From: Amoebophrya sp. A120
Taxonomy: Eukaryota; Protista; Dinoflagellata
Direction: 5' to 3'
DNA: 64,000 nt
Assembly: GCA_905178155.1 (NCBI GenBank)
Contig: CAJINV010000004.1
Coordinates: 8,454,882-8,518,881, forward strand
Shown here: piece after piece, positions 49,601 through 58,606 of the stretch
How positions within the stretch are numbered: the first letter of the stretch is position 1
Layout of the letters: each line of letters begins with the position of its first letter
The notes under the pieces: model-generated
Told to the model about the DNA's origin: nothing
The model's input: the letters and a program-made list of their open reading frames with translations, nothing else
Databases searched by the model: none
Made by a program: the position numbers and the translations under genes

Positions 49601-52600
49601 CGGAAGACTTTGTTTGCGGACGAGGTCGTGTAAAGATCAAAATGAAGGTGCAGTTTCCATTCATGCTCATTAATTGTTAACAGGATAGATGATGATGATG
49701 ATGAATGTCAGATCTCCTGTCCTCCACCTCTTAGTTCACTACTTTCCAAATGTGCTACAAGGCAGAAAACGCCGCACGTATGCGCTGTGTGATTTCTTCT
49801 GCGCCGACTTAGCCGTTTGCGCGAAGTCGGAGGAGCTGTTAGATATTTGTTACTTTGTCCAATCATAAGCCGTTCGGTGGCCTCACTACAAACAAACAAA
49901 AAACCCCGCGACGCTCTAGCGTTTTTGATGTCGCTGGCATTAGTTGTGCGGCCCGCCGTGCTTGTGATTTTGATAGCATGCCATGGCTATTCATAGATCT
50001 CTGCAATCGCACTCCCTGCGCAGTTCACCCACCAAGCGAAAGTGCGCGGAAACGATGACACTCAACCAAGGCAGTGCCACTGCGCACTGTAGACATCGCG
50101 GCGAGATGCCCTGCGACGGTCACAGTGGAGAGTAAGGAGAGAGCCCGGCCGCGGCCAGCCCAGCAAGCTACAAAGAGCAAGCCGCGCGAGCCACGCGCTA
50201 AAGCCACACAGTCATAGCCAAGTCCCGGGCGTAAAATAGCTTGGCCAAACCGACCGGACCCACCGAAAACCTTCCCCGAGTGCTATTCAAGGCAGGGGCC
50301 GTAAATCGTTCGTCCGACGGCAGCGGGTCGCACGCGTCTTTCGCTTCCGAGAAAACCGGTCCGCAGCTTTCGGAAGCCCGTCCCGCAAGACACTCCGCGC
50401 CGCAGCGCTTACCAAAGGAAGGGCCCGAGCTCTGGCCCCCGCACGAAAATTAGCCCGCGGGCTACGCAGGCAGTGCCGGGGCGGCCATTGGAGGCCGCCG
50501 CCCATGCTGGCTTGTAAATTTCCGCTCCTGACGAGAATGGCGCCACGCCCCCGCCCCCAAGAGGCGGCCTATCTTTTGTCGCTTCTGCGTTGGCCTTGTA
50601 TATTCCGCCGTAGCTCCGGGCGGCTCAGCAAAACCGCCTCCAGGAGTCACTTCTATTGTTTTCGCGGGCCCTTTTGGGGTTTCGTCTAGCCACCCGCCCG
50701 CAGACGGAAAATTTCGAGCCTCGCCTAGCTTCTCAGAAATCTTCTTGCAAAACAACCGAGCGCGCAGAATCACGATCGAAGTCCACGCCTTCGGGCTTTA
50801 GAAGCTTGCTACGCGCGCGGCATTTTAGAAAGAGCCGGGTGGCGACAGGCTTTCGAAGTCGAAAACAAGGGGGCGGGCAGCGTTCCGAGCCGTTTGCCAC
50901 AACTTGGCTCCCCGCGGGCCCTCGAGCTGGCCTGCCCGCCTGCGGGTAGTGTTGGGGCATGATGCTCGACATACAGGCCGAACACCATGCCCCATCTTTG
51001 AAGCACCGCCGCCCACCCCAAGAGGAAGGACAGAAGTTTCCGCGCCATGCTTGTTGAGATCGGGCATTGGGAGGGTCGCACGCGTCTTTCGCTTCCGAGA
51101 AAACCGGTCCGCAGCTTTCGTACATTGCCGGCTCGTCGTATGGCACGAAAATAAAACTGTTGTATCAGTCTCAATTTGTTTTGCGGAGTTTGCTTGCTGC
51201 CTCCGGTTCCTGTCATGCTCGACATGGAAGATGAAGTCGGAAGGCCGCGGGGTTATGGTTTTATTGTGTTGCTAGAACAAAATGTCCGAATGGGAGCAGC
51301 AGGTTTGAGGCTTCTAAATACAGTTTTTTTTTTTTTTTTTTTGCCAAGGGAGGACTGGATCAAGCATGGACAGTGGTCCACTTTCCTGACTACTAGAAAG
51401 AAAATCTACTCATTCGCAAAATGGTTCTGCTCAGGATCTCGTTGTTGGTTGCGCCAGCAAGGGGGATAAAAGTAAGGCTGGTACGCGGATACAGGTGCAA
51501 GGTGTTCCAGTGTGAAGACAGATTCAGACCAGCGGCACAGCACCTCCCGCGCCCCGGCCGGGCCCCGCGCGCTCCCCTTCCTGGTCTGGCCTCACTGGAT
51601 GACTTCTAAATACAGTTTCAACTTTTTTCACGTCCGATACCTCACTAACATCCGCTTTCAGGTCGATTATCTTCTTTTTCGCCAAGTCGCACCCGGCGTC
51701 TTGAAACGCCTTCAGCCCATATCAGAGTGAAAAATGCGCCCGCCCCAAAAGTTGCGAATAATTTGTGATGCGAAGTTTCCAAAAGAAAACTCTTTGTCAT
51801 GCATGAAAAGAGAATGAATCTTTCTGACGCGAAGTCTAGATGAGCATGAGATGTATATAGCATCGCTTGCATGACAAGCGCCGCTCTTGCTGGGGTCTTT
51901 TGCAATGCAGGTTTTTGCTATTCACGATAAGAAATCTGTCATGCTGATAGACGCAAGAGGGCGAATGTTTCATTTGGAACGGTTTGCAATACAAATGCTC
52001 CCAAGTTCTGGGGTGGGCACATTTTTCATTGTAATAGTCCGCAGAAGCAGCTCTGCGAGATTTGGAGACACCGAAACCGTTCCTCGTCGTCGTATATCAA
52101 ATGCAAAAATGTCTGGGTCTGGAAACTCGTAATGCTGTGTTGGGAATAGTGAATGCACTGTAATGCACAGCCAAGCATGAGAAATATCTGCGCTTCTTTG
52201 TATTGCGTTTTTCGCATGAGAAACTGCGTTTTTGCATGACAGGCAAAAGGGTCTCTTCTTGGACACGCATTACAAGCTTTTTTGTCATGCCACCAGACAA
52301 GCATGACAAATCTCGCAATCTTCCAGACCCAGACATTTTTGCATTTGATATCGTGGACCTCGTCCGGATCGAACGCGTCACTTCCCACTTTCCCGAAACA
52401 CGGCCCCAGTACGTGGTCTTCGCAGGCCGCCGCGTCGCAGCTCGCGAAGGCCCCGTTGCACAATCGGTCGGCCCAGGTGGACGGCGGCTCCACGTCGTAT
52501 CAAATGCAAAAATGTCTGGGTCTGGGCACTCGTGATGCTGGGTGGCGTCTCATGATGAGGCCACAAGCGCTGGCTCAGCATGACAAGTTTCTGAGCTTCT

Positions 52601-55600
52601 GTTCTAGGTGTTGCCTATTCTGCATGACAGACTGCGTTTCTGCATCACAGAAAAATGGAGCTTTTGGGTAACGTGCATGACTGTCATGCATGTTACCCAA
52701 AAGCTTCATTTTTCACATGCATTCTTCCAGACCAAAAAGCTGGCATGACACCCATGCATTCTTCCAGACCCAGACACTTTTCCATTTGATACGTCGCAGA
52801 GCCCGGCCATTTGCTGCAGGAAGAGCAGCGAGTCGGGTTTCAGTACGTCTGCGTCGACGCCGCAGGCGTCCTTCCAGGCGGTGTGCGACGATTTGCAGGG
52901 GTCGTGCTGGCAGTCACCTGGAATGATGTCGTCGTCGGGAACTTCCATGCTCGGCTCCAGGTAGAGGCAGTTCGAGTAGTAGCTTTCGGCCTTCGTGACG
53001 CAGTCGTCGATCAGGTTTGTGTCTTTGCCGATAGAAGAGAGGCGAATCGCTATCCCGGGCAAAAACGTCCCCGGAACCAGACCTAGAGTCAAAGTCAAGA
53101 TGCATAACTATTTTACTTAGACTTACACAAAGCAACAGCTTTGTTTTGCATTTGCTGGTTGTCACGTCGCATTAATAAAAGTGTGGGATCGCAGCGTCAT
53201 CCTGATAGCTTAGCTATTGTAGCTGCATCAAAATAAATCGGCCGCCTTTTCCTGATTTATTTACTGCTCCACCCAGATAGCGATTACAACAAGCTTTTCG
53301 TGTGGTTGCGCATGAGACGCATCTATTCGTCTCAGGCATACAGATTTGCATCACAAACTACTTGGCATTGGGGCGCTTTTCCTCAACAGGATAATCATCA
53401 CATAGACCATGGTCTTGCTCGTCCACAGACAGTATGCATTGCAAATATGTCTGGATCTGGGAAGATGGAAACTTGTGACTCTCTCTGCCGCACTCGCACA
53501 AAAATCTGCAATGCACGAGTGTCAAAACCTGTGGCCCACTTTTGGCCACCCTGGGAAAGGATGTGTCATGCAGAATAGGCATTGCAAAGCTATTGCGCTA
53601 GACCCTGTAGTACTGCTGGGCCGTGCAAATTAGAACTTCTTGGCGGCGGCGGCCACACAAAAAGAAAAACACAAACAGCATGACAAACTTCAGCATATAT
53701 CCAGACCCAGCCATGATGTTTTTATTTGATAAACACTCGTTATCGGTATCCGCCGTGCAAGCGTCCTGCGCACCATCATGTACACTGCAATCCGCACCCT
53801 TTTCGGAGTTTCGGCTCCTGCAGAAAAACGGGGTTGTCTTTGTAGAAGTACTATCGGCTAGTGTTTTTACCTTCGACGACATCGTTGCGCCGGATGAGGA
53901 TTCACTCTGGAGCAGTTTGTATGAACTGCAAAAGTATCGCACTCGTATAAATGCATCACAGCATGAGAAATAAAATTTGTCATGCTGATTTACCTAAATA
54001 AAAATATTTGTAATGCAAGACTTGCATTTATACGAGTACGATACTTTTGCACAGGATAGTTTGTTCCCGGGTAGACGAGCAGGTGCTGTTTTCCTTTTCT
54101 CGACCTCGTCGTCACGAAGGACGTATCCTGTGCAAAAGTATCGTACTCGCATTGCAATCATGCATTACAAATCTCTTTCTTAAGGGTAAATCTGCATATA
54201 CAAATTTTATTTCTCATGCTAAGGAAATTTGTACTGCATTTATACGAGGGAGTACTATACTTTTGCAAATAATAGGACGTCAACATCATCATCTGCTTCG
54301 ATTCTATTCTTGTCGGCTGCTGCTGTTATGTTGCTCGGACTGGTTACGACCAGGGAGTTGGCCGCGCGCGGCCCGGACTTAGCTGTAGTATTGCCCTGTA
54401 GAAGTTCCGACGAGGAGCGGTTGGGAAACACTGCTGCTGGCGCAGGAGTTTGCTCATGGCCGCCCGGCGCAAGGCCGCGGTCCGATACTGCCAGACGCTG
54501 CTTTGATTGCGAAAAAAAATGAAAATCGTACTTATGCATTTTCACAATAACAAATTTCAATTTCTATCTTTATTTTTTCTTTATCTTTTGGAGAAGAAAA
54601 AATGAATTTACGCATGAAGCTTTGCGCCGGGTAGCAGATCTGTCACACGACATGCTGTAGCGCAAATAGTACGAACAAGTACGGTAGTTTTGCAATGAAT
54701 ACGCACACCCCTTCGCCAGTTCGCAAAAACGTGGGCGCGAAATCGTCATACTCGTCGGCGCGCACGAACTGCCCATCTTTTTGTTGGACTATTGCTTTTT
54801 CTTCGTTACTAACCAGTGGATTTTGGTTGCTTTGGGGCTCCTGCGGCAGCTTCGCTTGATTGTCCTCGCTGAGTGGCGTAGTTCCAGATGATTTACTGCT
54901 GGGCGCTTGATGATGTGCAGCGGGGGCCGTTTCCAACTCCCCTGCTCCGGCGGCCGCGCTGGCGTTTAAAAATCCGCTCGCGGCTGCGATGTCGTCGATC
55001 TCCTGTTGCGTGTCCAATACTAGACCGGGACCAGCCGAAACTGATGGCACAATAGAAACGGAGTCGCGATAACGAAGCAAAACCGCCGGTGGGTGACTGA
55101 CGCACAAGTTGCTCGGCTGAACAGAAGTAGATTCCCCCGGCGTTTCCTGGTGCGCTTCCGGGTCTGCAGAGTAGAGCTTGTTGAGCAATTCGGCGTACTC
55201 GCTGCTGTTCTGCTTCCAACCCAACGCTTTCTCGAGCGCACTGCGCCTCACGCAGAGTGTTTCTTCTTGAACGGTAAAGGAACAAGGGTCACTGTGCCGT
55301 TCAAGTCCACGGACAGGCTTTGTTGCCGTGGCTGATGTCGGTGGCCCAGTACTTGCTGGACCGGCCACGGCTGGCGGTCCCGTGGAGGATGCGGCCATAT
55401 TGATTTTAGATGTTTTTCAACATTGAGTCGCTGTTGATACTAAAATTTTTTTGCACTTTTTCTTCGCTGTGTTTTTTACGTTTCATATTGCGATAGTCCA
55501 CGTATTCTAAGCCCCTCTAGAAGACCCTCCGGAGGTGGCTATGGGCCTCTGACGGCAGTGGTCATGTACATGTTTTCGTTTGATCTTCTTCTTCAGATAG

Positions 55601-56311
55601 ACACAGCTGTGTAGCAATTCAGTAGGAAGAAATCGCACTTCATCATTTGTCACCACTACGCATCCTCGCCGCAAGCGCGTGAAACTACTGTGGGCGTCAA
55701 TGAGATCTTTTTTGGCTTCGTCTGCCCGGCGCAAGGCCGCGGTCCGATACTGCCAGACGCTGCTTTGATTGGGAAACTTCTTCCACAACATGTTGCCCAC
55801 CTTGTCCATCTTGTTGTGGTGTTCCAGATCCAGTATGATCTTTATTTCTCTCATCCCGCAGGAGCAGCAGCTGGGGTTCCGCTCCGGCCTCCAGAGCGAA
55901 GGCGGCGTTCTTCTGGAGAGAAGAAGAAGATGGCTGAAAATGCTCTTGGTTTATTACCTCATTTAGATCCCGCACGGATGTTTTTGCATCGGTTCTCGTT
56001 CTCCCGCCCAGGTCGCTCTGCGGGGTGGCGGATGAAGACGATACTAGTGCAGCAGTCTTCTCTTCGCGCTGATGCAACCCGTTTAGCTCATGCTTCCCGT
56101 CGTTCTGCTCCGCATCAAAGATGTCTTTAGTGTCCTGATCTGCAACATGCAGCTGCAGTAAATGATCGGTTCGAGAAGTATCAATCGCGCACACGAAGAC
56201 CAGCTGCACTGGGTGTTGCTGCCGCCATCGCCAAAAAGACGTTCCGCTGCAGCAGGCCACTGCGAACAGACGCAGCAAACACGGGCGGAGAGGCGGTCGC
56301 ATGTTTCTCAT
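46685..56311 (-). CDS. Cys-rich type I membrane protein interrupted by 8 introners and two long-DR-flanked insertions (functional status unknown)
   Basis: Signal-like N-terminus (ORF 55697-56311), then ...SQSKQRLAVSDRGLAPG[insert]GHEQ..., Cys-rich exons 51640-53919, EPAMYESCGPVFSEAKDACDP[insert]PPKPK..., TM LYIGLGVVLGVLTVGGAFAAF and a short tail. The frame is continuous once the inserts and one repeat copy each are removed. Confidence 0.7.
46872..46915 (+). repeat. 44-bp target repeat, copy 1 (others at 49375-49427, 50323-50372, 51073-51116)
   Basis: gggtcgcacgcgtctttcgcttccgagaaaaccggtccgcagct occurs four times (copy 2 lacks the first 2 nt). Confidence 0.95.
46914..48197 (+). repeat. Copy of 17842-19125, including introner copies 47201-47497 and 47562-47823
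   Basis: Constant offset of 29072; identical ORF translations. Confidence 0.95.
48196..48434 (+). repeat. Diverged copy of 20424-20643
   Basis: gcacgaaaaaag...ttcctgatggtt with several substitutions and indels. Confidence 0.9.
48435..48978 (+). repeat. Copy of 23528-24074 (introner plus exonuclease exon)
   Basis: Starts at the first base of one introner and ends at the DR of the next. Confidence 0.93.
48979..49368 (+). repeat. Copy of 35754-36139 (introner B copy 48995-49200, truncated D from 49254)
   Basis: High identity with scattered substitutions. Confidence 0.93.
51139..51639. mobile_element. Decayed long introner-like intron
   Basis: tatggcacgaaaataaaactgt...acagtttcaacttttttcacgtccgata; DR cgtcg/cctca; join DVS-E-EPAMY in frame. 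Confidence 0.6.
51720..52036. mobile_element. Introner, B-related TIR variant
   Basis: tatcagagtgaaaaatgcgcccgcccc...ggggtgggcacatttttcattgtaata; DR matches 3/5. Confidence 0.8.
52095..52350. mobile_element. Introner, family A
   Basis: DR tcgta/tcgtg. Confidence 0.9.
52498..52791. mobile_element. Introner, family A, with internal fold-back
   Basis: DR cgtcg. Confidence 0.9.
53051..53393. mobile_element. Introner, family B (diverged)
   Basis: DR atcgc/atcat; join VYVMI-RLSS. Confidence 0.8.
53433..53731. mobile_element. Introner, family A (diverged)
   Basis: DR gacag/aacac; join NEC-LWTSK. Confidence 0.8.
53920..54058. mobile_element. Introner, family C
   Basis: DR gtttg. Confidence 0.92.
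54124..54274. mobile_element. Introner, family C
   Basis: DR ggacg. Confidence 0.92.
54462..54509 (+). repeat. 48-bp target repeat (second copy 55724-55771)
   Basis: gcccggcgcaaggccgcggtccgatactgccagacgctgctttgattg is exactly repeated. Confidence 0.95.
54506..55724 (-). pseudogene. Captured 5' fragment (upstream region, first exon, truncated introner) of the 58607-61452 gene family
   Basis: 55181-55724 is near-identical to 61235-61778; 54506-55180 is a diverged homologue of 60467-61234; ORF 54643-55398 parallels 60706-61452. Confidence 0.85.
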
Positions 56312-57079
56312 TTCGATTTGTGCTTCATCCTAAAAACCTGCAGCACGTCGACATCGACGCAGCATGTATTTCTATATGCACCACCACCACCACCAAGATG
56401 AACCACAAACATCTTCTTCATAGCAAGAGTGCCCCATTTGTTCTACTCTTTTTCCGGAGACACCATGTCCGCTCTTCGTCGCTCAAAAATCCCCAAACTT
56501 CAAGCTCACGACACTCTTCACGACAGATTGTCGACCCAGGACAAACAGATAGAAGCTTAAGCTTCAGTTTGATAAACACAAGGGTCAAAAATCTCAATAA
56601 ACACATTCGCTCTTCCTGCTCTAACTCCATCCAGTCACGAGCGGCTTCAGATGTAGAGCTCCCGCAGCCACTTCGCTTCATGAAAGCACCACCACGGCCC
56701 CTTCGGAACAACCCGGAAGTGGCAAACGAAGATGCCGATAAGTTTAATAAGTAGTGCTTGTGTTTGTTCTTGTTGTATTCAAAAAATAAAAAAATCAACC
56801 TCCATGACGCGAAAGATCGAGGAGCATCTTCATCCAGCCGAAAATGGTGTCGGTTCTTCGGATTCTATTCGTAAAACATCACAGTTGCACAGGAAGAACT
56901 GCCTGCTCCTTCTGTCTTCGCATTCGCTGTTCTTGAAACCAGTATAAAACTAACAGTTATAATCTAAATCTTCTTCATACAGCTTGAGCTTTCGCCTTCT
57001 CGGAGCAATAACCAACGCAGATCGAGTGGTAGAGATGGGCCGCTCCAGTTCCAGAAACATCTACGTACTACCGTCCTCC

Positions 57080-58062
57080 TCACGTCCTCCTGCTCCTGCG
57101 ACAGCAAAAAAACAGCACAATGAGCGAGAAAAGGATCGACGCGCCGACGATTAGGTGGACCTGGTTTCGCCGCTTGATCTGGTAGTCCAATTCGGCTTGG
57201 GCCATGCGGTCTGGCTGTGGAGCTTCTCCTGCACAGGACAGAGAACCGCTCCCGTTTCCACACGACGTGGTCCCTGCGCTTTGTTCTTGTTCCGCTGGCC
57301 CATCTTCACCGCTCGTGGTATTTGCGGTATGCTGGGTTTTGTTCTCACCACTGATGTTATTATCCCCTACTGCGTCGGGCACGTACACCGCCTTCGGGAG
57401 CCCCGCCAGCGGCCCTACGTTGTTCGCGACAGAACCGCTCCAGGTGGCCGAATCGTCGTACGGAATGGTAGTTCCGTTCGGTGCGCCCTCGGCCTTCAAT
57501 GGCGCCCGCGGGGCCTTGTTCGCGCCGCCGGTCGGACGGGAAACCGCTATCCTGTGCAAAAGTATCGTACACGTACTCGTATTGCAGTCATGCATTACAA
57601 ATCCTGTTCTTAAGGTAATTCCGCACTACAAATTTTATTTCTCATGCTGCGGAAATTTGTAATGCAGTCATACGAGTACGATACTTTTGCAATGCATAAC
57701 CGCAGCTGCTTGCTGCTGTTCCTGGTGATTCTCCGGGGCGTGAGATGCCTATCCTGTGCAAAAGTAGCGTACTAGTACAGTAGTCCACTGCAATCGATTC
57801 TTGATCTGAATCTGCATGAGCATGACAAACATCATGCTTCCTAATTGTCGGGCAACTTGTGCTAGTACGATAATTTTTCAATGCGTAAAGCCTCCTCGCT
57901 GGCAATGTCGGCGAATTCGTTCACACTGACATGGTCGGTCGCGGCTTTATTGTTGCTGGACGCGGCGGCGGGGCCGGTGCTCCGGGCTGCGTCGGTTTCG
58001 ACCTTCTCCGACGACACAGCTCCCGGCTGCGTCGTCTCGCGATCCGCGGGGGGGACGACCAT
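57080..58062 (-). CDS. Hypothetical single-pass membrane protein
   Basis: ORFs 57862-58062 and 57080-57595 joined via two family C introners; C-terminal TM LIVGASILFSLIVLFFCC. Confidence 0.6.
57548..57698. mobile_element. Introner, family C
   Basis: DR accgc. Confidence 0.92.
57750..57887. mobile_element. Introner, family C
   Basis: DR atgcc/aagcc. Confidence 0.8.
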
Positions 58063-58606
58063 GCGTTGATCTTTTGTTATACTCTATTCTTGTGGACCAG
58101 CAGATCCAGTATAATTGCCACTAGTGCTAGTCACGTGCGTTGCATGTCAATATGAATGATTGTAGCCAGCTTTATTTGAGTGTTTGCGTTTGCCCAACAC
58201 TCTGACTTCGCTGTCTTCCGGCCCTTACACAAACCTGGCCTTGTGTCCGTCTCATTTCGCTCCGCAGGCTCTGCTTCAATAGTACGACTTACTCTCGTTT
58301 TCACTCACACGTCTCTGCCTTTGCCTTTGGTAACACGCAAACGAAATATCATCTCGCGCTTGTCTGCGCTTTAAAATGAACAAGAATGACGAACAGTGTC
58401 GCACTTCTGCATGGATGCGGGCGTTGTCACTGTTAACGCTGATCTCGTCAGTTTTTGCAGGACTAGTAGTTTGGCTGAAGAGTCGGATATAAAAAGAATG
58501 GGCTTGCAGCTCGTCTTCGTTTTCTGATGGCGGAAAGGTGTCTTGCTCTGTTTTTCCCCACCGCTTCAGGTCGGCTTTATCGGTCCTTTAGTCACGACGT
58601 GGACAG

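Noticed and set aside
8539-53582. Dozens of short ORFs sharing CKNVWVWK / FQTQTFLHL / PDPDIF peptides as a protein family
   Set aside because: They are translations of family A TIRs in various frames.
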